In this document: one piece after another, positions 54,101 through 63,383 of the stretch
How the letters are laid out: each line of letters opens with the position of its first letter
Position numbering within the stretch: position 1 is the stretch's first letter
Origin: a virus
Taxonomy: Duplodnaviria > Caudoviricetes
Length of the DNA: 64,000 bases
Reading direction: 5' to 3' (one strand)
IMG/VR virus record: IMGVR_UViG_3300042883_001293
Translations under genes and position numbers: made by a program
Notes under the pieces: generated by a model
What the model saw: the letters and a program-made list of their open reading frames with translations, nothing else
What the model was told of the DNA's origin: nothing
Databases searched by the model: none

Positions 54101-55234
54101 AATCCTGGATATGTTTTAATAAACAATGAAATAATATCATATACTGGTATAAATGTTAATAGTTTAGTAATCAATAAGAGAGGAGAAAATGAATCTATTA
54201 CTAGAGATCATGCGGTCAATGACTTAATTTACAAATATGAGGTAAATGGAATTTCTCTTACTAGAATTAATACTAAGCACAACATGCCAACAGATTCATT
54301 ATTGAAATCTTCTAAAGATTTAGACAAATATCATATTGAATTTATTAGATCAGATAAACCTCAATTAAGTTTTATAGAAGAAAAAACATTTGGTGGATTT
54401 AATTGCCAATCTACTCAAAATTACCAATTTAATTCTATAGTTCCACATTTTAACGTAATTTATCCAGAAAATACCAATGTTTCTGCAACATTGAGAACAA
54501 TTTCTGCAACAAGTTGTTCTGGAAATGAAGTTTCCTTCTTGGATCAAGGATTTGAAAGTATTGAATTAAATAGAGTAAATAAATTATCTTCTCCTAGAAT
54601 GATATGCTCAAGAGTGAATGAAGTTAATAGACTTTCAAGTTCTTCTTTCTTAAATAGCAAATCTCTAACTTTAGGCATTAGATTAGAAACTACTTCACCT
54701 AATGTTTCTCCCGTAATAGATACCTCCGAATCTTCAACATTTGTTCTTTTGAGAAATAGAATTAATAGTCCGGTTAAAAATTATGCTTCAGATTCTACAA
54801 CACACGATATTACATTTGATCCACATCAATTTGCATATGTTTCAAAGAAGATATCTTTGAAAAAACCAGCGACATCTTTAAAAGTAATATTAAGTGCTTA
54901 TAGAAGTTCAAGTAGTGACTTTAGAGTGCTTTACAGATTGTTTAAATCAGATTCTGATCAAATAGATCAATCTTACAGATTGTTCCCAGGGTATAATAAT
55001 TTGATAGATACCAATGTTGATGGTATTGGAGATGAAGTTGTAAATCAATCTCTAAATGACGGATTATCTGATATGTTTGTTAGACCAAGTGTTTCTGATG
55101 AATTCTTAGAGTATCAATTTACTGCTAATGATTTAGAAGAATTTAATGCGTTTTCAATTAAAATAGTTGCGAGTGGTACAAATGAATCTGATACTCCAAG
55201 ATTTGCAGATATTAGAGCAATTGCATTAGTTTGA
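48185..55234 (+). CDS. VrlC-like large virion structural protein
   Basis: PYYDDFD..KNYYRVLFKPG..IQSRELTTLQ; RTYEESGDY; DPLSQTF. Confidence 0.85.
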   Translation: MTQKTNLNVSPYYDDFDENKNYYRVLFKPGFPIQSRELTTLQSLLQDQISSFADHIFKDGSVVIPGNISYDSEYYAVKLNSKHLGLDLGLYINELVGKKISGQSSGITAIVKNILLSTESEQGYYTLYVKYLTSNSSFEIGSFLDGETLITQETFNYGNTSIVSGQTIASLISSNATSTGSAVSISKGVYYIRGTFVNINDHTLILDQYTNVPSYRIGLEVIEEIVDSQSDNSLYDNARGFANFSAPGSDRLKISAILNKKSLTDYEDRDFVEILRVSNGEVKKIQDTNTYSLVKEYISKRTYEESGDYSLIPFDIEINDSLNDRVSSSGLFFSNQKTEQGNTPDDNLLCVKVSPGKAYVKGFDIDKSGTSIIDVEKPRDTEFVRSFGIPFEMGNLLKVNNVSGSPLVGLDNNYYVNLQNQRKSSTTVGSGTTIGNARIYSFSLSDSPYSNESTEWNLYLFDIQTYSVLTLNQTVSSTDSPETSYIKGLSSGASGYVVGSPNGFELTISQTSGSFSVGEQISINGSILPSRTVSKVVAYSAQDIKSVYQNKNITGLSTSFVADTVLQRKIGSNFNITDQIQISASGIGSCAGRNFVGVKSDTILRYQRVGFLTETYNRVVSVSSDGLYLTLAGVSTVNKVCDGGLPTSITNAPFSFGDPTILEPEKSSLYAPLGNKNISDVNLSNANIKLTKQITGKSTTSLGFLNLNISDVGLSSAFYESYDSERYSIFYEDGSVEKLNSSNITLDGGSTLLAISGLKPSQNNLIINTTVQKNSISSKQKIYIRSEKIEVDKISTGISTSISGLSTSKYYGLRVDDKEISLNIPDVVKVIAVYESLNSSSPILDKLSFSSGLNLDSASILGEKIIGSTSGAVGQIVTRYSSTEVEFVYLNTNKFIIGETVNFQESNISGSIQFVSIGNYLDRTQDYTIDKGQRNQYYDYSRIIRKNDFNIPSRKLLIIYDYYDVPTNDSGDVYTVQSYGKERYTKDIPILNGNTRLTDVIDFRPRVSRFLSSSSSPFAFSSRNFSISGLNPSIVISPNESSNIGYYYYLPRIDKLVLNKNGNFSLIRGVSSSKPKEPSSIDEAMDVAVIDLPAYLFNPSDARVKLVDNKRYTMRDIGKLEQRIENLETLSALSLLEVDTKSLEIKDSDGFSRFKCGFFADGFKNTSFIDDSNSKFSINLESQELESNIGLYSLKSEISPSSTVNIETADFSTNLPLSDINVKKTGDLITLNYSEVEWTNVSQNLATKDEFVNPFSVVNYNGYLKLYPSSDTWVRTVLTESGVVSRTEGDWKNSYISNLTTAESHSNYMRSRNVEFFASGLQPSTQYYGFFDGNGNIDIIPKLLQISMSSGVFQTGEDVNGYIGNELVCSLRLASQTHKFGAYNSASESYLENPYSPSASFTSYSFSSTILNIDTKSLADDSAGRYFGYTPSGMVLVGKTSGAQATVITQSLISDSVGDLIGCFYIRNPLSNPTPPLLFTKGSKTFKLSSSSTNSSSLSVSYTETTFYASGISNQSTYSESVVVRKSPPSLPLNALRRDPLSQTFRTDNEGGFLTSVDLFFSDKDSTEKIFIEVRECDIGGTPKDKIIQDFARTEVLPSQVAISADGSVPTNVKFKSPLYLQPNKQYSLSILCPTSSKYKLWTAETNKPTVDTALLPFALQKIYSNNYTGGNLYKPQNGSIWLSSLSEDLTFKLYKAQFVSNSGTVYFHNPTLSIGTTYGRYDSNIQKLVKNPIRSLPRKLIVGIITSSNVTNVISVGTKIIEGSSYGYIEKIGGNIGVVTTTNTGIGYSNGSFSSVPLYSITGSGNGATANVTFVDSKLNSISIANTGSGYVTGDLLGITTSSVNKGSGATVTISSSINADTLYLTNVQGEQFTQGNSISYYNGSTNVSLSGTTVSKQTYVPNNLYTGNVFEVTHYDHGMHSDNNIVVINGVFPDTIPILLTSSLSSSSVAISVANTANFVNFEGTNVSVSNPGYVLINNEIISYTGINVNSLVINKRGENESITRDHAVNDLIYKYEVNGISLTRINTKHNMPTDSLLKSSKDLDKYHIEFIRSDKPQLSFIEEKTFGGFNCQSTQNYQFNSIVPHFNVIYPENTNVSATLRTISATSCSGNEVSFLDQGFESIELNRVNKLSSPRMICSRVNEVNRLSSSSFLNSKSLTLGIRLETTSPNVSPVIDTSESSTFVLLRNRINSPVKNYASDSTTHDITFDPHQFAYVSKKISLKKPATSLKVILSAYRSSSSDFRVLYRLFKSDSDQIDQSYRLFPGYNNLIDTNVDGIGDEVVNQSLNDGLSDMFVRPSVSDEFLEYQFTANDLEEFNAFSIKIVASGTNESDTPRFADIRAIALV

Positions 55235-55452
55235 TTATTATGTTACAAATAGAAGGACATAAAAATTTATTCCGCGATGAAAATACTGGTGCAATTATAA
55301 ACTGTGATAATTTTGAGTATGAACAATACATTAAAACAAAAAATGAAAGAAAAAGTCAAAAGGAAGACATAAAAAAATTAAAAGACGATGTAAACTATTT
55401 AAAATCTTTATTAGAGGAATTTATCAATGAATCCAGAAGAAATAAAACTTGA
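55231..55452 (+). CDS. small coiled-coil protein
   Basis: IEGHKNLFRDENTGAIIN. Confidence 0.8.
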   Translation: MIIMLQIEGHKNLFRDENTGAIINCDNFEYEQYIKTKNERKSQKEDIKKLKDDVNYLKSLLEEFINESRRNKT

Positions 55453-55603
55453 AAGTATTGATAAACTTTTTGAGTATGAAAAACAAGTTAGAATGATAGA
55501 TGAATTAGATTTAAATGATCTTAAAAATTTTGCAAAGTTATATTGCAAACTTTATCTTAAACAACAAGAAGTAATTTCTTCTTTAGGAATGTTAGAGGTA
55601 TAA
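55427..55603 (+). CDS. NblA-like small helical protein (58 aa, missed by track)
   Basis: MNPEEIKLESIDKLFEYEKQVRMIDELDLNDLKNFAKLYCKLYLKQQEVISSL aligns without gaps to the NblA helix-loop-helix pattern by eye. Confidence 0.45.
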   Translation: MNPEEIKLESIDKLFEYEKQVRMIDELDLNDLKNFAKLYCKLYLKQQEVISSLGMLEV

Positions 55604-55606
55604 ATA
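55599..55606 (+). promoter_or_regulatory. late promoter
   Basis: TATAAATA. Confidence 0.75.
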
Positions 55607-55645
55607 TATTTTAGATATTAATAAATTATTAGAGGTTTTTAATTT

Positions 55646-55798
55646 ATGTCGAGTGAAATTGATGTTAGTTCTTTAGTTTCTATTTACAATCAAAAGATTT
55701 CTTCTTTGATTAATGAAAATATTATTTTAGAAGCAAAGTTACTATTAGCAACTAAAGAATTAGAAAATTTAAAAAAACTATTAGAAGAAAAAAAATAG
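55646..55798 (+). CDS. small coiled-coil protein (50 aa)
   Basis: MSSEIDVSSLVSIYNQKISSLINENIILEAKL. Confidence 0.65.
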   Translation: MSSEIDVSSLVSIYNQKISSLINENIILEAKLLLATKELENLKKLLEEKK

Positions 55799-55836
55799 TA
55801 ATAGTTAAACCAATATAAACGATATAGGTTGTATTA

Positions 55837-56682
55837 ATGGCAAAACCATCAAGTAGACAAGAATTAATTGATTATTGCCTTAGACGTTTAGGTGCTCCAG
55901 TATTGGAAATAAATGTAGATGATGATCAAATAGATGATCTTGTCGATGACGCACTACAATATTTTAATGAGCGTCATTTTGATGGTGTCGAAAAGATGTA
56001 TTTAAAATATAAAATTACGGAAGAGGATATTACTAGAGGTAAAGGATCTATATCAAATGGATCTGGTGTTGGTATAACTACAACAACAGCAACAACTAAT
56101 ATAAATGGTGTTGCTACTTCCTTTAATTTTTATGAAAGTTCTAACTTTATTCAAGTTCCCGATTCTGTAATAGGAATAGAAAAAGTTTTTAAATTTGATA
56201 CTAGTGATATTTCTGGTGGAATGTTTAGTATTAAATATCAGTTATTTTTAAATGATTTATATTATTTTAATTCTGTTGAACTTTTACAATATGCTATGGT
56301 TAAATCATATCTTGAAGATATTGATTTTTTACTCAAAACAGATAAGCAAATAAGATTTAATAAAAGACAAAATAGATTATATTTGGACATTGATTGGGGA
56401 GCTCAGAAAAAAGATACCTATTTGGTTATAGATTGCTATAGAGTCTTGGACCCCAATGATTTTACCAAAGTATATAATGATAGTTTTTTAAAGAAATATT
56501 TAACCTCTCTTATTAAAAAACAATGGGGACAGAATTTAATTAAGTTTAGGGGAGTTAAACTTCCAGGTGGAATTGAACTTAATGGTAGAGAAATATACGA
56601 AGACGCAGAAAGAGAATTAGAAGATATTAAATCTAGAATGACATTAGAATATGAAATACCTGCTCTTGATTTTATAGGATAA
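55837..56682 (+). CDS. gp13: neck protein gp13
   Basis: LRRLGAPVLEINV...KQWGQNLIKF.GVKLPGG. Confidence 0.93.
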   Translation: MAKPSSRQELIDYCLRRLGAPVLEINVDDDQIDDLVDDALQYFNERHFDGVEKMYLKYKITEEDITRGKGSISNGSGVGITTTTATTNINGVATSFNFYESSNFIQVPDSVIGIEKVFKFDTSDISGGMFSIKYQLFLNDLYYFNSVELLQYAMVKSYLEDIDFLLKTDKQIRFNKRQNRLYLDIDWGAQKKDTYLVIDCYRVLDPNDFTKVYNDSFLKKYLTSLIKKQWGQNLIKFRGVKLPGGIELNGREIYEDAERELEDIKSRMTLEYEIPALDFIG

Positions 56683-58073
56683 TGGCATTAAATCCATTTT
56701 TTATACAAGGTTCTAAATCTGAACAAAGATTAGTTCAAAACTTAATAAATGAACAATTAAAGATTTATGGTGTTGAAGTAACTTACATACCTAGAAAATT
56801 TGTAAAGAGAGATAACATACTCAGAGAAATTACGTCTTCTAAATTTGACGATAGTTTTTTAATAGAAGCTTATGTTAATAATTATGAGGGATATGGTGGA
56901 GCAGGAGATATCATGACTAAATTTGGAATGTCACTGAGAGACGAGGTATCTCTTGTAATTTCCAAAGAAGTTTTTGAAAACTTTATTGCACCATTTTTAA
57001 TAGCAGAAGTCGATAATGAAATTCCAGAAGAAGTTGCACACAGACCAAAAGAGGGAGATCTAATTTATTTTCCATTAGGTAAAAGGTTGTTTGAAGTTAA
57101 ATTTGTAGAGCATGAACAACCTTTTTATCAATTAGGAAAAAATTATGTCTATGAATTGAAGTGTGAATTATTTGAATATGAGGATGAAGTTCTTGATACT
57201 ACCATTGAAGAGGTTGATGATCTCTCCGAAGGTTCTATTACAACATTAAATTTAATAGGTATTGGCAAAACTGCAACAGCTTCTGCGACGATTGGAACTG
57301 GTTATGTTAGAGAAATATTTCTCAACAATGACGGAAGCGGATTTACTTATACACCAACAATAACGTTTTCACCTTCACCAGTCAGTGGTGGAACTGCTAT
57401 TGGAGTTGGTATTTTAACCACTGTAGGTGGTGTAACTTCTTTAGAAAAAATACTTTTAACAAGATCTGGATATGGATATACAATAGCACCTTCTATAAAA
57501 ATTTCAGAAGGTGGTGGATCTGGAGCCGCTGCAACTTGTTCAATAGAAACATCTAGAAGTGGAATTACTTCAATCTTTGTTACTGACCCTGGAGATGGTT
57601 ATCCTTGCAATCCTATAGTTACTTTGTCAACTCCTTTAGACGGAGTTGGTTATGGAATAACTGCAACCGCAGTTTCAATAATTAATAATTTAACTAATGA
57701 TCTTTCTTCAATAAAAATATCCAATCCAGGAATTGGATATTCACAAGCACCAACAGTCACTGTTGCAAATCCACCAATAATTAGTGGAATTGGAACATAT
57801 AGATTTAATGAAATAGTTATTGGATCTACTTCTGGTGCAAAAGGGCGAGTTAAATCTTGGGATATAGTTACAGGTGAATTAAAAATTTCAGTTACAGATG
57901 GGAAATTTATTCCATGTGAACTAGTTGTTGGAACTGCCTCATCTGCAACGTATTCAATTGATACATATGATAAGAGAGATATATATGATAAATATAGTCA
58001 AAATGATGAGATTGAAGAAGAAGCAGATCTCATATTAGACTTTTCACAATCAAATCCATTTGGTAGTTATTGA
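56682..58073 (+). CDS. gp14: neck protein gp14
   Basis: EQLKIYGVEVTYIPR, RPKEGDLIYFP, FYQLGK. Confidence 0.92.
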   Translation: MALNPFFIQGSKSEQRLVQNLINEQLKIYGVEVTYIPRKFVKRDNILREITSSKFDDSFLIEAYVNNYEGYGGAGDIMTKFGMSLRDEVSLVISKEVFENFIAPFLIAEVDNEIPEEVAHRPKEGDLIYFPLGKRLFEVKFVEHEQPFYQLGKNYVYELKCELFEYEDEVLDTTIEEVDDLSEGSITTLNLIGIGKTATASATIGTGYVREIFLNNDGSGFTYTPTITFSPSPVSGGTAIGVGILTTVGGVTSLEKILLTRSGYGYTIAPSIKISEGGGSGAAATCSIETSRSGITSIFVTDPGDGYPCNPIVTLSTPLDGVGYGITATAVSIINNLTNDLSSIKISNPGIGYSQAPTVTVANPPIISGIGTYRFNEIVIGSTSGAKGRVKSWDIVTGELKISVTDGKFIPCELVVGTASSATYSIDTYDKRDIYDKYSQNDEIEEEADLILDFSQSNPFGSY

Positions 58074-59122
58074 TGTTAGGAACTTATTTTTATCACGAAA
58101 TTATTCGCAAAACAGTTGTTTCTTTTGGAACACTTTTTAATCAAATTTATATAAAACACACAGATTCAGATTCTGATGTTATTAGCGAACTAAGAGTTCC
58201 TTTGGCATATGGTCCTATGCAAAAATTCTTAGCTAGGATAGAGCAACAACCAAATTTAAATAAACCGATTCAAATTACTTTACCTAGAATGTCATTTGAG
58301 TTAAATGGCATTGAATATGATCCTTCCAGAAAAAGTACAGTAACTCAAACATTTTCTGCCGTTGGAAGTAATGATAAGATTAGAAAAGTATACATGCCGG
58401 TTCCTTATAATTTAAAATTTGAATTAAATATTTTAACCAAGTTAAATGACGATATGCTTCAAATAATAGAGCAAATATTGCCATTTTTTCAACCTTCATT
58501 TGCATTGACAGTTGATTTAATAGACTCTATTGGAGAAAAAAAAGATATTGCTATTGTTTTAGACGGAATTAATATACAAGACGACTATGAAGGAGATTTA
58601 ACCACAAGAAGAGCTTTGATTTATACTTTGCAATTTACTGCAAAATCCTTTATGTTTGGACCAATTGCAAACGATCCAGAAGGTCTTATTCGTAAGGTTC
58701 AGATTGATTATCATTCAAATACAAATATTAATACTTCAAAGAGGGAGATAAGGTATACAGTTACTCCAACTGCAATGAAAGATTATGATTCTGACTCTTC
58801 TGCTACGTTGCAAGAAAATTTAAATACCTTAGAACAATCTGTGAATGTTAATAATGCATCTACAATTTCTATTGGAGATAGAATTATAATTGATAATGAG
58901 ATTATGTACGTTAAATCAAAATCAGAAAATACCATAATTGTTAATAGAGGATATGATAATACCTCTCAATCTGAGCATAGTCAAGGAGCAATTATTAATA
59001 TTTTATCTTCTTACGACAATTCTCAAATAGTTCCTGGGGACGATTTTGGGTTTAGTGAAGAAACCCTATTTTTTAATAACAGTGCAACATATAGTCCCAC
59101 TAGAAAAATTGACGTAGAATAA
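58070..59122 (+). CDS. gp15: tail sheath stabilizer gp15
   Basis: YFYHEIIRKTVVSFGTLFN, VPLAYGP, EQILPFFQP. Confidence 0.93.
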   Translation: MMLGTYFYHEIIRKTVVSFGTLFNQIYIKHTDSDSDVISELRVPLAYGPMQKFLARIEQQPNLNKPIQITLPRMSFELNGIEYDPSRKSTVTQTFSAVGSNDKIRKVYMPVPYNLKFELNILTKLNDDMLQIIEQILPFFQPSFALTVDLIDSIGEKKDIAIVLDGINIQDDYEGDLTTRRALIYTLQFTAKSFMFGPIANDPEGLIRKVQIDYHSNTNINTSKREIRYTVTPTAMKDYDSDSSATLQENLNTLEQSVNVNNASTISIGDRIIIDNEIMYVKSKSENTIIVNRGYDNTSQSEHSQGAIINILSSYDNSQIVPGDDFGFSEETLFFNNSATYSPTRKIDVE

Positions 59123-59123
59123 T

Positions 59124-59558
59124 ATGACTGATAATTTTAAATCCATTAGTGAAAGTCTTAATATAAAAAATGATTTTGGAGAAGGGAATATAATAAAATC
59201 TTCAGAAAATGCTGAAGTTATAAAATCAGAAACTTTTGATATTCAAAAAGATTATGATTATACAAGAGCAAATTTATATTCTTTAATAGAAAAAGGTCAA
59301 GAAGCAATTAATGGAATTTTGGAGTTAGCTGGTGAAGGTGGTAGTCCTAGGGCATATGAAGTTGCTGGTCAGTTAATTAAAAGTGTAGGTGATGTTACTG
59401 ATAAATTAGCAGATTTGCAGAAAAAAATGAAGGATCTTGAAAGTTCTAATACTAAAACAACAAATAATGTGACAAATAATGCTTTATTTGTTGGTTCTAC
59501 TTCAGAACTATCAAAACTACTAAAGCAAGGTTTTCTAAATAATAAAGAAGATTCTTAA
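59124..59558 (+). CDS. gp16: terminase small subunit gp16
   Basis: DYDYTR, SPRAYEVAGQLIK, FVGSTSEL. Confidence 0.92.
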   Translation: MTDNFKSISESLNIKNDFGEGNIIKSSENAEVIKSETFDIQKDYDYTRANLYSLIEKGQEAINGILELAGEGGSPRAYEVAGQLIKSVGDVTDKLADLQKKMKDLESSNTKTTNNVTNNALFVGSTSELSKLLKQGFLNNKEDS

Positions 59559-59563
59559 ACCTC

Positions 59564-61468
59564 ATGAGTTGGTCTGAAAAATATAAGAGATCAATAGATT
59601 GTGATAATCCGAAAGGATTTTCTCAACGTGCCCATTGTCAAGGACGTAAAAAATCTCTAAAAGAGCAATTAAAGTCATTTAAAACTGTACAGCAAATTGC
59701 AAAAAAACATAGACTAAGTGTAACTTTTATCCAAAAACAATTGGATATGGGAGAAAAAATTGAGCATGAGCATACAAAAAATCATGAACTTGCTAGAGAA
59801 ATTGCTCTTCAACATCTTGATGAAATTCCAGATTATTATACTCGTTTGAAAAAAATGGAAGCAGATGCTAAAAAGCATCATAAAAAATTTAAAGATGTAT
59901 CTGAAGGTACTTTATTCCATTGGTTTCAAGGATCTAGTGGAAAAACAAAAACTGGAAAAAAAGTAAAGGGATGGGTTCAATCAGATGGATCTCCATGTGC
60001 TAATGAACCAGGTGAAACTGGAACTCCAAAATGTTTTAGTAGCGGTCGTTTAAGATCATTAAAAAGAAAAGGTAAAAAAGGTATTTCATTAATAAAATCT
60101 GCAGTTAGACGTAAAAGGCAAAAAGATAAAGGACAACAATCAAAATCTGGAGCTGCAGCACCAACTAATGTTCCAACATTTGCAAAGGGTAAAAAAGACC
60201 CCAATTATGTAAAAGCAGAACCAACAATTAAAGAAACAATGGAACTTAAAGAAGCAAGAAAAGATAGACCTGGAAAAGGTAGCGGCACCAAAGACGCCTG
60301 TTATCATAAAGTAAAAGCAAGATATGACGTTTGGCCAAGTGCATATGCTTCAGGAGCACTTGTTAGGTGCCGTAGAGTTGGTGCTTCAAATTGGGGAAAT
60401 ACAAACGAATCTGTAGACGGTAGTGCTTTGTCATATGATTGGAATTCGCCAATATATGAAAATGAACAACGGTATTGTCCAAAATGTAATAAAATGGAAC
60501 TTTCTAATGAATGCAAATATGGACCTAAGTATTGGTCAATGTTTTCATTACCAATAGAACCTTCAAATCAAGAAAAATTTAATATTGCACAAGTTCATCC
60601 TGCCAATGAGGAAAAAGATCACGAATATTCCATGGCTCGATCTGAACTTTCAACAATTATTTCTGCAGCTAAAAGATTGAGAAAAAAAGTGAAAGGAGAG
60701 GGTGGTATTGAGGCATGGGTTCAATCAAAAATTACAAAAGCAGCAGATTATATTGATACTGCAGCAGACTACTTGGAAAGTGGAGAACATAAGGTAGAAT
60801 CTGTTTCTATTGAGGATTCTAATGGAAGGCACTACGCAGAATTTATTGATATAATTAAGGTAGAACCACTAAAGCCCTCAAGAGGTATAGGTAGTAGACT
60901 TCTTGGAGAAGGATCTAAAAAATGCTGGAAGGGATATGAAAAAAAGGGATCACAAGAGATATTTGGGAAAAGATATAATAGATGTGTTAAAAAGGAAGAA
61001 TATTCTGACTGGAGAAAAGAATTACTTGAGCAGGGAAATTATGTAATGCCTAGTGCAAGTCAATCTGGTGCTTACTCTGGTGGAATTAAAGGTCGTGCTT
61101 ATAAAGTAGGAGACACAATTCCGGCGAGTGCTACAAAACCAAAACCGCAATTAAATTTAAAGGCAATTAGAGATGCTGGTGATAAGTATGGAAAATCTGC
61201 ATTTGGTGAAGACTGGCAATCAGTAAATCGTAAAGATAAAACTGATGGTCTAAGTCAAGCAGCAGTTGATGCTTATCGTCGTGAGAATCCTGAATCAAAA
61301 CTTCAAACTGCGGTTACTGAAAAGAAACCAAAGGGCAAAAGAGCAAAGCGTCGTTCAAATTTTTGTAGTCGTATGTCTGGAATGAAGGACGAACTCACTT
61401 CTGCAAAAACTGCAAGAGATCCAGATTCGAGAATCAACAAAGCATTACGCCGTTGGAGGTGCAACTAA
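59564..61468 (+). CDS. multi-module basic protein, candidate head internal polyprotein
   Basis: series of short modules separated by xxE junctions; CTAAATA late-like promoter at 59535. Confidence 0.7.
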   Translation: MSWSEKYKRSIDCDNPKGFSQRAHCQGRKKSLKEQLKSFKTVQQIAKKHRLSVTFIQKQLDMGEKIEHEHTKNHELAREIALQHLDEIPDYYTRLKKMEADAKKHHKKFKDVSEGTLFHWFQGSSGKTKTGKKVKGWVQSDGSPCANEPGETGTPKCFSSGRLRSLKRKGKKGISLIKSAVRRKRQKDKGQQSKSGAAAPTNVPTFAKGKKDPNYVKAEPTIKETMELKEARKDRPGKGSGTKDACYHKVKARYDVWPSAYASGALVRCRRVGASNWGNTNESVDGSALSYDWNSPIYENEQRYCPKCNKMELSNECKYGPKYWSMFSLPIEPSNQEKFNIAQVHPANEEKDHEYSMARSELSTIISAAKRLRKKVKGEGGIEAWVQSKITKAADYIDTAADYLESGEHKVESVSIEDSNGRHYAEFIDIIKVEPLKPSRGIGSRLLGEGSKKCWKGYEKKGSQEIFGKRYNRCVKKEEYSDWRKELLEQGNYVMPSASQSGAYSGGIKGRAYKVGDTIPASATKPKPQLNLKAIRDAGDKYGKSAFGEDWQSVNRKDKTDGLSQAAVDAYRRENPESKLQTAVTEKKPKGKRAKRRSNFCSRMSGMKDELTSAKTARDPDSRINKALRRWRCN

Positions 61469-61779
61469 TGAAAAGTTTTCAACAATTTCTATCAGAAAGC
61501 GTCAATATTGCCGGCGATTTTAACGGCAATCTTTATATGAATTCTTCTCAACCAGAACAAGCAAGTGAATCTTTCTTTGCAGATGTTGTTTGGGAAGGAA
61601 AATTATATCGTATGGAAGTTGAAGGGAAGGAGATGACAAGAAATGAACTTGCAGAACAACTTCAAGATGAATATCCTGGCGCAATTGTTCATAACATTTA
61701 TCCAGCATCCAACCAAAGTTCTTTAAAAATTAAAAACACACAAAGATATCAACCAGAAAAATTATCGTGGGGTGAATGA
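61468..61779 (+). CDS. protein with T4 internal-protein-like N-terminus
   Basis: MKSFQQFLSES; ATG 61468 overlaps upstream stop. Confidence 0.7.
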   Translation: MKSFQQFLSESVNIAGDFNGNLYMNSSQPEQASESFFADVVWEGKLYRMEVEGKEMTRNELAEQLQDEYPGAIVHNIYPASNQSSLKIKNTQRYQPEKLSWGE

Positions 61780-61782
61780 TTA

Positions 61783-63378
61783 ATGGCACAGTGGAATAAG
61801 AATACACAGGACTTTCTAAACCAAGAAAGGACCCTTTTTGAAGTACCTATGATTGCCACAAAAGATGGCAGTCCAGTTTCTTTTGAGAACCCATTTCCAG
61901 TATCTCTTGGAAGTTCAAATATTACAATTAATGGCGATGTGAGTATTGGAGCAACTGTAGATGTTTCAAGTACTCCGGAAAATCCAGTTCATACTCACAT
62001 CACAGAAGTTGGGATAAGCAGCATTTTAACTGTTCCATATCTCCCAGTTGGCATTTCAACATTACTGAATACTGTAAGTATTGGAACTACTGGGCAAGTA
62101 TCAATCAACCTCAACAATTCACCAGTCAGCACTTCAAATCCATTTCCAGTTACTGGATCAGTTGATATTGAATTGCCACCAATAGCAACTGATGCATTTG
62201 GTAGACAAAGAATGTCTACCCCACTCACACTTTTTGATAGTTCCCACAGATACAGGGACAATAATCTTTGGAGTGGTTTAGTTGTAGGAACTGGTTCAAC
62301 AGTTGGATTTGTAACAGCACAAGGTTTAGTCAATATTAGTATAGGAACTACTGCCGGATGTTCTGTGATTAGGGAAACCACAAAAGTATTCTCTTATCAA
62401 CCAGGAAAATCATTACAGGTATTGAATACATTTATAATGGACCCAGCAAAAGCAAATCTTCGTCAAAGAGTAGGATACTTTGGTGAAGATAATGGAATGT
62501 ATCTGGAACTTGATGGAAGCACTTTATATTTTGCGGAAAGAAGTTTATCTACTGGAATAACAACACAAATTTCGCAAAATAACTGGAATATTGATACAAT
62601 GCTTGGTGCAGGACATCTCAATCCATCTGGTGTCACATTAGATATTTCCAAAGCACAAATTATGTGGATGGATATTGAATGGTTAGGACTTGGAACAGTT
62701 AGATTGGGTTTTGTAGTTGATGGGAAGTTTATTCACTGCCATTCATTCCACCACGCAAACTTAATCACATCAACTTATATCACAACAGCATCATTACCTT
62801 TGAGATATGAGATTGCAAATACTGGAATTACAACCAGTGCAAGCACACTTAAACAAGTTTGTTCTACTGTAATTTCAGAGGGTGGTTATGAACTTCGTGG
62901 AATACAGCAGGCAGTAGGAACACCAGTCCAAACACCAGTTGATTTAACAACAGCAGGAACTTATTATACAGTTGTATCAATTCGTCTTAAAGCAACACCA
63001 AATAGATTAGATGCAATTGTAATTATGACTGCACTTTCTATTCTAGGCATTACAAATAATGCAACTTATAACTGGCAAGTAAGAGCATCTGGAACATCTA
63101 GTGGTGCAACTTGGACTGATGCTGGTGTTGATAGTGCTGTTGAATATAAGATTGGTGGAGGAACTTATACTGGTGGAAGAATACTAGCATCTGGATATAC
63201 ATATGGTTCCAATCAAGGTTCAACATCAGTAGATATTCTCAAGGAGGCATTATTTAAGTTTCAGTTAGAAAGAGATGCACTAACTGGAACACCTTATGAA
63301 CTTTCTATTGTATGTGCCTCTAATGCTAATGGTGCAGATATTCACGCTTCTATGGACTGGGAAGAAATTAGTAGGTAA
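61783..63378 (+). CDS. virion structural-like beta-rich protein
   Basis: NPFPV repeats, DAFGRQR motif, 531 aa. Confidence 0.75.
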   Translation: MAQWNKNTQDFLNQERTLFEVPMIATKDGSPVSFENPFPVSLGSSNITINGDVSIGATVDVSSTPENPVHTHITEVGISSILTVPYLPVGISTLLNTVSIGTTGQVSINLNNSPVSTSNPFPVTGSVDIELPPIATDAFGRQRMSTPLTLFDSSHRYRDNNLWSGLVVGTGSTVGFVTAQGLVNISIGTTAGCSVIRETTKVFSYQPGKSLQVLNTFIMDPAKANLRQRVGYFGEDNGMYLELDGSTLYFAERSLSTGITTQISQNNWNIDTMLGAGHLNPSGVTLDISKAQIMWMDIEWLGLGTVRLGFVVDGKFIHCHSFHHANLITSTYITTASLPLRYEIANTGITTSASTLKQVCSTVISEGGYELRGIQQAVGTPVQTPVDLTTAGTYYTVVSIRLKATPNRLDAIVIMTALSILGITNNATYNWQVRASGTSSGATWTDAGVDSAVEYKIGGGTYTGGRILASGYTYGSNQGSTSVDILKEALFKFQLERDALTGTPYELSIVCASNANGADIHASMDWEEISR

Positions 63379-63383
63379 TTTTT

